Origin: an uncultured Pseudomonadales bacterium
GTDB taxonomy: Bacteria; Patescibacteriota; Microgenomatia; UBA1400; PJMF01
Direction of reading: 5' to 3'
Assembly (NCBI GenBank): GCA_964607285.1
Contig: CAZSJW010000001.1
Span: forward strand, 134,716-198,715
DNA length: 64,000 nt
Made by a program: the position numbers and the translations under genes. Below the pieces are notes generated by a model that was given only the letters and a program-made list of their open reading frames with translations, had not been told where the DNA came from and did not search any database. How positions within the stretch are numbered: the stretch's first letter is position 1; every line of letters starts with the position of its first letter. This document shows positions 1-9,044 of this stretch, piece after piece.

Positions 1-1221
1 GAAGACTTTTTCGCCATCTTGTTTTGAAAGTCTCAATCGGTAACAAATATTCTTAGCAATGCGTGAACCCACAACTTCGTGGTTGTAAAAGGTGGGTTTG
101 CCATTACCATACCGAACTGTTTCAGGCTTTCCAATATCGTGAATCAGTGTGGCTAGTCGAACAATTGGGTCAGGTGATGGGCATGCAGCTAAAGCATCGA
201 GGCTATGTGTCCAAACATCAGTGGTGTGGTGCCCACCTTGGAAAACAGATTTTCCTTGAAGCAGCTCTGGTAAAATATGATCCAATAGTCTAGCTTCATC
301 TAGTAGTTCTATAGCCCTTTTTGGTTGTGTGCTGCTGAGCATTTTCAAAAACTCATCTCGTACCCTTTCACCACTGACATGTGTTATGAGTTTTGATTGG
401 TCTATGATTGCTTGCCAGGTGGCTGGTTCGATGCTCATGTCCAGTTGTACGCTAAATCTGATTGCTCGCAGTAGTCTCAGTGCATCTTCTTCAAATCGCT
501 TATGTGGGTTGCCCACTGTGCGGATAATACCTGCTGCTAAATCAGGTAGTCCCCGTTCAGTGTCGTACAAAAATATATCCTGTTCAAGCTTGAGCGGATA
601 GAGGGGTGGTAAAGCGGTAGTTTGCGCTGCTGAAAAAATAGATGCTAGTGATTTCTGACTGATTCGCAGGGCAATCGCATTTATAGTAAAGTCTCTCCGC
701 TGTAGGTCTTCAGCAATAGTTGTTCCCCAAAGCATTGAACTAGGGGTTCGATGGTTATCGTACAGTTCTTTACTCCTATAGGTGGTTATTTCAAATTTTT
801 CATGTGTTGCTGGTTTGGTTGCTTGTCGAGCAGATGCGGTCAAGGAAGCATGAATTTTTGTAGCGGCCGCCAAGTCAATGAGTCGATTGGACACAGGGTA
901 AGTTTGTTCAGGAAATGATAGGATAGACCAATCCATCCCTGGTTGCTTATTGAGCTGCTCAGTTGTGATTGTAACTGTGCCAAAACTATTTTCATAGAAA
1001 CTTTCAGGGAAAATTGCTTGAATTTCTTCTGGTTTTGCGTTGGTGGCAAAATCATAATCCATGGTGGGAAAGGTGGGTTTCTGATCTTCAGACAGAAGTG
1101 AGAATCGGAGTGTATCACGCACGGCTCCACCTACGATAAACACTTCAAACCCTTCTTGTTGCAGCCTAAACACAATAAATAAACTTTCAGTACGGAGTGG
1201 TAAGAGTGTGCCAGATTGCAT
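1..1221 (-). CDS. cca: CCA-adding tRNA nucleotidyltransferase with HD domain (3' end runs off the window)
   Basis: Not in the ORF track. Manual translation from ATG 1221 is open to position 1 and gives VGGAVRD, DYDFAT, RRDFTINA, EDALRLLRAIRF, VSGERVRDE and LIHDIGKP, typical class II NTase/HD motifs. Confidence 0.93.
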   Translation of the reverse strand, partial: MQSGTLLPLRTESLFIVFRLQQEGFEVFIVGGAVRDTLRFSLLSEDQKPTFPTMDYDFATNAKPEEIQAIFPESFYENSFGTVTITTEQLNKQPGMDWSILSFPEQTYPVSNRLIDLAAATKIHASLTASARQATKPATHEKFEITTYRSKELYDNHRTPSSMLWGTTIAEDLQRRDFTINAIALRISQKSLASIFSAAQTTALPPLYPLKLEQDIFLYDTERGLPDLAAGIIRTVGNPHKRFEEDALRLLRAIRFSVQLDMSIEPATWQAIIDQSKLITHVSGERVRDEFLKMLSSTQPKRAIELLDEARLLDHILPELLQGKSVFQGGHHTTDVWTHSLDALAACPSPDPIVRLATLIHDIGKPETVRYGNGKPTFYNHEVVGSRIAKNICYRLRLSKQDGEKVF

Positions 1222-1340
1222 AGGTTTTACTCAGGTAAGTGTACCATAGTTTGCATTGTCCGATGGCGGTATTTATCACTGAGTACATGTAAAATTGGTT
1301 AGGTATAGGGTAAACTACGTAAAGTACAAAAAGGGACAGT

Positions 1341-2048
1341 ATGGCACCACAACACGCACAAAAAATTGGTAGCATAATTTTCTTACTCATTGGAGGCATC
1401 TTCGCAGTGATCGGTACTTTGTTTATGTATCAGTCAGTGCAGCTTGCAGTCACTGGCATCAAAACAACGGGAGAAGTACTGGAAGTCCTTCGTTCCAGGG
1501 ATAGTGACGGAGACACCTCTTACAAGCCAGTTGTGCGTTTTAAAACTAAAACCGGTGAAACCGTTACTTTTACGAGTAAAGTGTCATCGAGTTCATTTAA
1601 TTATTCTGCAGGAAAAACGGTCAATGTTGTGTACCCAGCAGCAGATCCAGATTCTGCTGCAATCGACTCTGCCTTTACTGTGTGGCTGTTTCCTGGCATA
1701 TTCATGGCTTTTGGGTATGGTTTTATGGGTATTGGTGGATATATGTTGTACCGAGACCGTGCGCGAAAGGCTATGATAGAACGACTAAAGGTTTCTGGAC
1801 AGCGGATTGACGCGCAGGTCACAGAGGTTGGACAAAACACAAGCTACAAAGTGAACGGCCGAAGTCCGTTCTGTATTTTTGCGCAAGCCGAAATCAATGG
1901 TGGAATCGAGATTTTTGAAAGTGACAACTTATGGTTTAATCCTGAGCAGTTTGTAAAAGTTGGGCAGACTGTGCAGGTTTTGTATGATCCGGCTAGTCCT
2001 AAGAATTACTACCTCGACACTTCGTTTTTACCTAAGTTGAATGGCTAG
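1341..2048 (+). CDS. DUF3592-like membrane protein (two TM segments, two small beta domains)
   Basis: Two hydrophobic helices, each followed by a G-x-V...Y/F-x-P/I...G-x-x-V-x-V-x-Y-x-P module typical of DUF3592. Confidence 0.65.
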   Translation: MAPQHAQKIGSIIFLLIGGIFAVIGTLFMYQSVQLAVTGIKTTGEVLEVLRSRDSDGDTSYKPVVRFKTKTGETVTFTSKVSSSSFNYSAGKTVNVVYPAADPDSAAIDSAFTVWLFPGIFMAFGYGFMGIGGYMLYRDRARKAMIERLKVSGQRIDAQVTEVGQNTSYKVNGRSPFCIFAQAEINGGIEIFESDNLWFNPEQFVKVGQTVQVLYDPASPKNYYLDTSFLPKLNG

Positions 2049-2069
2049 TGGACTGTATAATGGGATCCT

Positions 2070-3704
2070 ATGGTTTCGTGGCAACTACATTCAGATGTGA
2101 TTCCAGACTCAGTGGATGAGTTAGTGAAGGTGGTGCTGGCATCTCGTAATATCGAAAGTATATCTGAGTTTGTGCATCCACCCAGCCCACTAGACCTCAC
2201 CCCAAAGGCTGTTGGTATTTCCGAAAAACCTTTAGCAAAAGCCATCAGTCTAATCAAAAAAATCGGTGCAGCAGGTGGTGACATCTGTATAGTAGGCGAC
2301 TACGACGCAGATGGCATCTGTGCCACTGCCATTGCCTGGTCCGTGATGCACGTATTGGGGTACAAGGTTAGACCGTTTATTCCTAGTCGTGAGAAACATG
2401 GATATGGTCTAAATAGCAAAGTGCTAGCAGATGTTCTCGCTGACGGCAAGCCTGATCTTATTATTACCGTAGATAACGGAATTGTTGCACATGCGCCTGT
2501 CGCTGAGGTAAAGGCCTTGGGTATCAAAGTGATAGTGACAGACCACCATCAACCAGAGAATACTTTGCCAGAGGCAGATGCTATTGTGCATACAACAAAG
2601 CTCTGTGGTGCTACTGTGTCATGGATGTTGATGCAGGCACTAGCGCCTGAGTTGGTCGCACAGCAGCTTGAATTGGCAGGTATTGCCACAATAGCTGATC
2701 AGGTGCCTTTGGTTGGTGCCAATCGTCAGTTTGCGGTACATGGGGTGGCAGCGCTTCGCACTTCCCAGAGAGTGGGGTTACAGGCACTTTTTGAGCAAAT
2801 GGGCAGTGTCCAAGCAGAAGCGAATAGCCATACTGTTGGATATGGAATTGCCCCAAGAATTAACGCAATGGGTAGATTGGCGCATGGTATGGATGCGTTG
2901 CGATTGCTGTGTACTCGCAACAAACAGCGGGCATCCGAGTTGGCTCAGGTGTTAGGCAACACCAACACCAGTCGGCAGTCTCTAACTGAGGACTTGATGG
3001 ACAGTGCTCGCGTGCAGGCTAAAGCGCAGGCTGATCAGAGAATTTTGATTGTACTTTCTGCTGAGTTTCATGAAGGAGTTTTGGGATTGTTGGCAGGTAA
3101 ACTTACCGAGGAGTTCGGTAAGCCAACAGTTGCAATAAAAGTTGGCGAACATACTAGTAAAGGTTCAGCCAGAAGCATTTTGGGTATCAGTGTTGTAGAG
3201 TTACTACGGCTTGTTCGCTCGGAGCTTTTGGAAGTTGGTGGACATCCGATGGCAGCTGGATTCGGGTTGGAGAGTGGGAGGATGGTAGTATTTACGGAAA
3301 AATTGCATGCTCTTGCTTTGGAGAAAATATCAGTGGAACAGCTGGAGCCAAAGTTAGATATTGTTTGTGAGTTACCTCATTCGCTGCTGACACTGGAAGC
3401 CGCTAGTGCGATTGAAGCGCTGCAGCCATTTGGTCAGGGTAATCCCGAGCCAGTGTTTGCTATTAAGAATCTTAGGCTCATACATAGTAAAGTGATCGGG
3501 AAGGATGGACGCCATTTGAAGTTGCAGTTTGGGACTGATGATCCACTATATCCCAGTGTTGAGGCTGTGTGGTGGGGTGGGGCTGATGGTTGGAAATCTC
3601 AGTTAGGTGCGCAAATTCAGATTGCTGGATGTCTAGCAGTGGATAAGTGGAAACCAAATAGCCATAAAATTTCAATAGTCATTGCAGATGTGATAGCTAA
3701 CTAG
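2070..3704 (+). CDS. recJ: ssDNA-specific exonuclease RecJ
   Basis: DYDADG, TVDNG, TDHH, IAPRINAMGR, KGSARS, GGHPMAAG and PFGQGNPEP motifs. Confidence 0.96.
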   Translation: MVSWQLHSDVIPDSVDELVKVVLASRNIESISEFVHPPSPLDLTPKAVGISEKPLAKAISLIKKIGAAGGDICIVGDYDADGICATAIAWSVMHVLGYKVRPFIPSREKHGYGLNSKVLADVLADGKPDLIITVDNGIVAHAPVAEVKALGIKVIVTDHHQPENTLPEADAIVHTTKLCGATVSWMLMQALAPELVAQQLELAGIATIADQVPLVGANRQFAVHGVAALRTSQRVGLQALFEQMGSVQAEANSHTVGYGIAPRINAMGRLAHGMDALRLLCTRNKQRASELAQVLGNTNTSRQSLTEDLMDSARVQAKAQADQRILIVLSAEFHEGVLGLLAGKLTEEFGKPTVAIKVGEHTSKGSARSILGISVVELLRLVRSELLEVGGHPMAAGFGLESGRMVVFTEKLHALALEKISVEQLEPKLDIVCELPHSLLTLEAASAIEALQPFGQGNPEPVFAIKNLRLIHSKVIGKDGRHLKLQFGTDDPLYPSVEAVWWGGADGWKSQLGAQIQIAGCLAVDKWKPNSHKISIVIADVIAN

Positions 3705-3742
3705 TCAGTTAACTGAAATGCTAGATAAATGGGAAGTCTAAT

Positions 3743-4975
3743 TTAGTTTTCAACTTCAGATAACGAAGAAATTCTAGGCATGATTCTACATTTAGGTTTA
3801 AAAACTTCGCTTCTTCTGCCAGTGTAGCTTGCATTACGCTCTTTGGAGAATGCAGAAATATACTTCTGTACCATCTCATCTTCCTCAATGAGGGCAAAAA
3901 TTCTTTGGAAGGGTAAAACTTCATCACCAGCAACTGTATACCTATCTGAGGACAAGTTGTATATTTTTGACAAAGCTATAATAACCTCAACAATCTTTTT
4001 TTCATCACCAGTAATCTCTTCACCTTCAGCAAACATTCCTTTTAATTTGGTTATAAGTCTGTACAACAGCTTGCTACTCTCAAAAGCGAGACGTTTCCTA
4101 GCTAAAGGGTCTTTTTTTATGTCATCTGGCATGCAGTTGCTCAGAATAGAAACGATATACTCATCAAGTTCATATCCTTCTTGATATGCAATATCGAAAC
4201 CCTCAAAAAGAGCAATTATGTATGTAAGTTCGTCTGTAAACTGAAACTCAATACTTCCAGATAAGAGTTTCCATGCCACATTTTTTTCTGCTGTCGATAG
4301 CAAACGACTTACATTTCGTGCCCAATCATCCCGATTATGAAATCGTTTTCTCAGTTCATATAGATCTATAAAATACCTTGTCTTAAACTCTCTGCACAAT
4401 ACATGCAACTTGGTTATTGCTTCAAAGTCATTAGTGTTCTCTTCACCTAACCAATGAACAGAGTTGAAATTCACTTCTTTAAAGTGCTCTAGCATCTTCT
4501 GTGATTTCAAAACTCTCCTGCGATGAAATTTTCTTGTAAACCAGTTTGAGCCAGCTAAATTAAGCTCATGCTTCATTAGGTTTTCAATTAATGTTGTATG
4601 TTGAGATAAAGTTTCAAGTGAAAACTTTTCGGACTTGAAAGGGTGTCGTTGTTCTGTGTGCTCTGACTGATTAGAAGTGTCACGCGATGTATCAATATTT
4701 TCTGTGTCGTCATAATCTGAAGCTGCAGCACTTGTGGCTTTAATTTCTGGAGCAGTTGGAGATAGGTTCATAAATAGCGTTTTACCTAGGGCAAGTGAGT
4801 CAATTAGATTTAAGAGGGATATAGCACTATCAAATGTGCTGGGCCTTTTTCCTAAATATGGGTGTGGAACGGTACCGTCTCCTGTAAGTGTTCTGCGAAC
4901 TGTAGAAATGAACACAGACCAACTTGAGCGTAAATCAACTGTCTCTGCGAAAATATCATCAAACATTGTTTGCAT
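3743..4975 (-). CDS. Hypothetical protein, probably the surviving 3' part of a longer gene
   Basis: 410-aa AT-rich ORF with no recognisable motif. The frame stays open upstream to a TGA at 5132-5134. Confidence 0.55.
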   Translation of the reverse strand: MQTMFDDIFAETVDLRSSWSVFISTVRRTLTGDGTVPHPYLGKRPSTFDSAISLLNLIDSLALGKTLFMNLSPTAPEIKATSAAASDYDDTENIDTSRDTSNQSEHTEQRHPFKSEKFSLETLSQHTTLIENLMKHELNLAGSNWFTRKFHRRRVLKSQKMLEHFKEVNFNSVHWLGEENTNDFEAITKLHVLCREFKTRYFIDLYELRKRFHNRDDWARNVSRLLSTAEKNVAWKLLSGSIEFQFTDELTYIIALFEGFDIAYQEGYELDEYIVSILSNCMPDDIKKDPLARKRLAFESSKLLYRLITKLKGMFAEGEEITGDEKKIVEVIIALSKIYNLSSDRYTVAGDEVLPFQRIFALIEEDEMVQKYISAFSKERNASYTGRRSEVFKPKCRIMPRISSLSEVEN

Positions 4976-5475
4976 TATTTTTAGAAACGTGGCTTCATAC
5001 CACTTTGTAGCGTTGATGCCATCTACATCTGTAAACTGGAAAGTATACTCACCAAACTTTACGACAATGTGATGTGGGACTACTCGATTATCTTCGAGGT
5101 GTGAATGGCTGGCTTTTTGTAATAAGTCATATCAGGTAGCTTGAGAGAGCAGTGCTCCGGCAAACTGAATTGCTGAACCAAGATTTATTAGTTCTCCCGT
5201 TTCTTGACCACTAACTATTTCCCGAAAAAACAACTGAAACCCCTGATCTGGGTTTGTTTGATCTTCAATTACAGCAAAGTTTTGTGTACCGACTCCACTA
5301 AAAAAATGTTTTTCATCAGCCTTATCGTTTTCGATTGCTCAAGTTCACCCAATGAATCATCATGCTGTGCTAATCTATCAAAACGTTTTGTTTGATCCGA
5401 CTTTGTTGTAGGTTCTCTAAACGATACATGGCTATTCTGTGCATTGAGTGCTGCCTCATTCAGTGTTGAGTGCAT
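4976..5475 (-). pseudogene. Disrupted 5' part of the 3743-4975 gene
   Basis: ATG 5475 (MHSTLNE...) shifts frame near 5340 into AIENDKADEKHFF...LLSQAT*YDLLQK...FLKIMQTM, which is continuous with the 410-aa ORF. Confidence 0.5.
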
Positions 5476-5573
5476 AGTTGAAAATTGGCATCAATTTTTC
5501 TTAAAAAAAATATTTGTTGGTAAGTAACAATATACAATATTTTCACAAGTCGTGTGTACATTAAAAACTGTAG

Positions 5574-5579
5574 TACAAT
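5574..5579 (+). promoter_or_regulatory. Putative sigma70 -10 box for the T-box/aspS transcript
   Basis: TACAAT lies 8 nt before the first predicted leader helix. Confidence 0.5.
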
Positions 5580-5585
5580 ACTAGT

Positions 5586-5806
5586 ATCAACCCCACAGCT
5601 TGCCGACACCAAGCAATGTGTAGCGATGCACAGGGTTGTGTGCAAAGTATCTGCCTGAGGTAGACAAAAGCACACCGGGTAAGCCCGTAACCGCTGGAAT
5701 CAAGCCCCGCTTTGGCGGGGGCGAAAGAGGTGGCACCGCCGCTCCAAGTTATACTAAACTGGAAGGCCCTCTTGTGTATCAGTTACTGGTATGCAAGAGG
5801 GTTTTT
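5586..5806 (+). ncRNA. T-box riboswitch (Asp), transcriptional type, atypical short stem I
   Basis: AAGAGG-TGGCACC-GCC (5725-5740) pairs with GGC-CCTCTT (5765-5773). GC-rich stem III at 5704-5722, AGTA-containing stem II at 5638-5675, IIA/B-like CGGGTAAGCCCGTAAC, GAC in a hairpin loop at 5605-5607. Directly upstream of aspS. Confidence 0.88.
5767..5806 (+). terminator. Intrinsic terminator of the T-box leader
   Basis: CCCTCTTGTGTATCAG-TTA-CTGGTATGCAAGAGGG followed by TTTTT. Its 5' arm overlaps the antiterminator 3' arm, so the two are mutually exclusive. Confidence 0.88.
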
Positions 5807-5833
5807 CTTGTATATCAACACCCGAAAGGCGCT

Positions 5834-7258
5834 ATGCAAACCGCATGCACCACACAAGAAGTACAGAGAACTATGGTTGTCAATTCCTTGGATCATGTTG
5901 GCGAGTCGATCAGGCTTGACGGCTGGGTTGGGAGTAAGCGCGACCATGGCAAGCTCACCTTTATTGATCTGCGCGATCGTACGGGTTCTGTACAATGCGT
6001 TGGGTTTCAGAAAATGGGAGAGCTCACTCCAGAGTCAGTTATCTCAATAGTAGGCAAAGTTAAACAACGCCCAGAGCGGATGGTGAATAAGGAGTCACTC
6101 ACGGGAACAGTCGAAGTAGACGTGGAAAGTTACACGGTACTCAATAAATCACGCGAATTACCAATCCCAATTGATGGTGATGGCTACGAAATCAACGAGG
6201 AGTCACGATTGCGGTATCGCTATCTTGACTTGCGTCGCGAGCGAATGCGCAATATTTTTAACCTGCGTTCCAAGTTTATCCAAGCGCTCAGAGTTGAGTT
6301 GTTTAAGGACGATTTTGTAGAAATCGAGACACCACTTTTGACTAAATCAACCAAAGAAGGTGCTCGGGACTTTATTGTACCTTCCCGCTTCAATCCCGGG
6401 AAGTTTTATGCGCTTCCACAGAGTCCACAACAGTACAAACAACTGCTTATGACCGCTGGTATGGAGCGTTACTTCCAGGTTGCCAAGTGTATTCGAGATG
6501 AGGACTTGCGTGCAGACCGTGGGTTTGAGTTTACCCAGTTGGACGTAGAGATGAGTTTTGTGACACAACAAGATGTGATGCAAACTATCGAGAGGACCGT
6601 AAAATCAGCTGTCAAAGCAGTTGGAGGCAAGTTGCAGCAGGAAGAGTTTCCTGTGTACACGTATGAAGAGGCCATTAAACAGTTCGGCGCCGATAAATTT
6701 GATTTACGGACAGATTCGGAGAAAAAAGAGGGTGTGCTAGCCTTTGCTTGGGTTGTTCGCTTCCCTTTCTTCAAAAAAGTTGACGTCAAAGACGCGGCTG
6801 AGGTAGAAGATGGCAAGAGTGGCTGGACGTTCACGCACAACCCATTCAGCGCACCACTGGAAGAACATCTGCAGTGGCACTTAGCTGGAGAACACCAAGG
6901 CGAAATTTTGACCAGTCAATATGATTTGGTCTGCAATGGCTTTGAGGCGGGCGGTGGCAGCATTAGAGCCCACAACCCCGAAGTGCTGAAAGCAACTTTC
7001 AAAATCATGGGTTACTCCGATGAGCAGATCCAAGAAAATGTCGGGCATATGCTCGAGGCATTTGAGGTTGGCACACCACCACATGGTGGCATTGCGTTGG
7101 GGTTGGATCGTTTGGTGATGCTGTTGGCTGGTGAAGAGTCACTGCGCGAAGTGATTGCATTTCCAATGTCGTCTAGTGGTCGGACTGCAGTGATGGATGC
7201 TCCGAGTGCGATTGGTCCGGCGTTGTTGAAGGAGTTGCGGCTATCTGTGACTAAGTGA
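5834..7258 (+). CDS. aspS: Aspartate--tRNA ligase, lacking the GAD insertion domain
   Basis: RDHGKLTFIDLRD, RYRYLDLR, EGARDF, ALPQSPQQYKQLLM, RDEDLRADR and [12 protein letters not shown]. Start moved from 5636 to ATG 5834 because the upstream part is the T-box; ATG 5873 is also possible. Confidence 0.96.
   Translation: MQTACTTQEVQRTMVVNSLDHVGESIRLDGWVGSKRDHGKLTFIDLRDRTGSVQCVGFQKMGELTPESVISIVGKVKQRPERMVNKESLTGTVEVDVESYTVLNKSRELPIPIDGDGYEINEESRLRYRYLDLRRERMRNIFNLRSKFIQALRVELFKDDFVEIETPLLTKSTKEGARDFIVPSRFNPGKFYALPQSPQQYKQLLMTAGMERYFQVAKCIRDEDLRADRGFEFTQLDVEMSFVTQQDVMQTIERTVKSAVKAVGGKLQQEEFPVYTYEEAIKQFGADKFDLRTDSEKKEGVLAFAWVVRFPFFKKVDVKDAAEVEDGKSGWTFTHNPFSAPLEEHLQWHLAGEHQGEILTSQYDLVCNGFEAGGGSIRAHNPEVLKATFKIMGYSDEQIQENVGHMLEAFEVGTPPHGGIALGLDRLVMLLAGEESLREVIAFPMSSSGRTAVMDAPSAIGPALLKELRLSVTK
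7061..7258 (+). repeat. Left copy of a 198-bp diverged direct repeat (3' end of aspS)
   Basis: Aligns without gaps to 14700-14897; 158/198 identical by hand count. Confidence 0.95.
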
Positions 7259-7276
7259 TGAGAGTATTATGACAAC

Positions 7277-7305
7277 TTGACTAGAGATATGATCCTGATC
7301 ATACT
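7277..7305 (+). promoter_or_regulatory. sigma70-type promoter TTGACT-N17-CATACT
   Basis: Both hexamers and the 17-nt spacing are conserved at 15703-15731 while the spacer sequence has diverged. Confidence 0.7.
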
Positions 7306-7339
7306 CCTGTGAGGACATGCTTATTTTGTATGATAGCTT

Positions 7340-8395
7340 ATGGTCCATGAGAGAAAACTAAAACTCGAGCAACAACCCACGATTCAACTAATGGAGGAGC
7401 ATGAAACCGCATTGAGCTTAGTGTTCTCTTCGCTAAATGGTTTAGTACGGCAACTATCAAATTACTCGCAATTAAGTACGCGACAGTACGACGAGTACGT
7501 TGTCCAAGTTGATTTAGATCAGCAGATAAAAGCATTTGAAGAACATAGAGCTAGCTTTGGCTAGTAGATCACTTACAATTCATGACACGCTGCGATTCGC
7601 ACAAATGCGAAATAATTCGGCACGCCTCGATGCCATGAGAAATGAGTGCAACGACTCTATCGACAAGATGTATGTGCAAACTCAAAGACACATTTTGGAT
7701 GGGTTTAAATATGTTAGCAAGGCGAATGCCGCATCTGTACGGACAATAGAGTCCAAGCTCAGTGTATTGAAAACTGCAACTACAGTGGGGGAAGTTCTTG
7801 CAGTCGATGTATTAATCAGCAGGTCGTAGAATATAAGCATGAATTGCCATTCAGACACGTAGTGAGTAATTGGGTCTCTCCTATTCTAAAAGGAATCCAA
7901 AGCATTTTGATAGAGCATTACTCTTTAACTGCTGTGATATCTAATGCGGTTTTTTCATCCGAGACGAATAGTGAACTAGTAGGTGTGTTGGAATCACAGG
8001 TGATTGTGCCAGATGATGCGAGCTTGCAGCAGGGTATGCCATTTCTTGATACCAAAGAAATGTTTCGTAGACTGGGACCTGCATTTTTGCAGATAAAGGA
8101 GGAGGTTGTTGCAGAAGTTTTAGAGGCACAAGTTATTCTCAAAAGAATGCATTCTGCTGATGCATCTGATGATGTTTTGCCAATGATCTTATTGCTTACA
8201 CAAAAATTTAAAATTCAAGAGACAGCATTTAAAAACTATGTTAACGCTTTACCGCCACATGAGTTGCTTTTTAAGGTGCCTAGAATTGAGCTGTTTGGGA
8301 ACCGAAAAGACGATTCATTTGGTATGCTGTATGAGAAATTTGTTTCCATTCCTAGAAAAGTGAAGCTTGAGCATAAGTATAGTACGAAGCTTTGA
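7340..8395 (+). pseudogene. Decayed paralogue of the 15764-16966 gene (geneX copy)
   Basis: Three ORF fragments match successive parts of the intact gene (LSTRQYDE; GF.YV.KA.A.SVR..ES.L; KFKIQETAFKNYVN.L.PHELL). One frameshift near 7550 and an out-of-frame deletion of about 139 nt near 7805. Confidence 0.9.
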
Positions 8396-8478
8396 AAGTA
8401 TTACTAGTTAAGCCTATTGCGCAACAAAGTTGTATGCAGTACGCTCACATATAACACTTATGCGAATGAGGGGGACAT

Positions 8479-9009
8479 ATGGGGGGCGAAGGACTAACTG
8501 CTAGTTATCAATTTGTTTGGCAACACCTAAAGCAAGGCATCATGAATGAGTTAGTGAAATATAGGATTCCACATACTGATTTATTATATGATCTTGGGCA
8601 TAAAGGAAGATCTTTTGATGATTTTAAGATAGATGCAGATTTCTTTGAGGGACAAGAAGAGATAGCATTAGATGCTTTTTTTGATTCGCAAGCTAGTAAG
8701 ATTGAAGACTATGTCGTCAATCGATCAAAGGAGTGGGAGCAAATTGGGATAGACAAGCTGCTCAAACTTGCCTCAAATGATCCAGATAAGGATTCCAAAA
8801 GCTACGTAGCAATGAGCGAACTACTAATAAATGAGTATCAAAAAAAAGAAATATCTGGTAGTCAAAAAATTTCACTCCCACCTTCAGACATACTAAGCAA
8901 GCTGTTTATGTTTGCAGAGTTAACAGCGCAGCTTAGATTTACCGCATCAGCTCACCGAGAGTATAAATTGAGCGAAAAAATTAATTTTAAGAAGTTTGAT
9001 GAAGTGTAA
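8479..9009 (+). CDS. Hypothetical protein
   Basis: 176-aa ORF with GAGGGGG SD-like sequence and a TTGCGC-N17-TACGCT promoter-like element upstream. Confidence 0.7.
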   Translation: MGGEGLTASYQFVWQHLKQGIMNELVKYRIPHTDLLYDLGHKGRSFDDFKIDADFFEGQEEIALDAFFDSQASKIEDYVVNRSKEWEQIGIDKLLKLASNDPDKDSKSYVAMSELLINEYQKKEISGSQKISLPPSDILSKLFMFAELTAQLRFTASAHREYKLSEKINFKKFDEV

Positions 9010-9044
9010 TGAACTCATAAACATCAAAAGCAAGAAATGAACAT

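Noticed and set aside
5636-5833. 66-aa N-terminal extension of AspRS given by the ORF track
   Set aside because: This stretch is the T-box leader and terminator; the open frame looks incidental.
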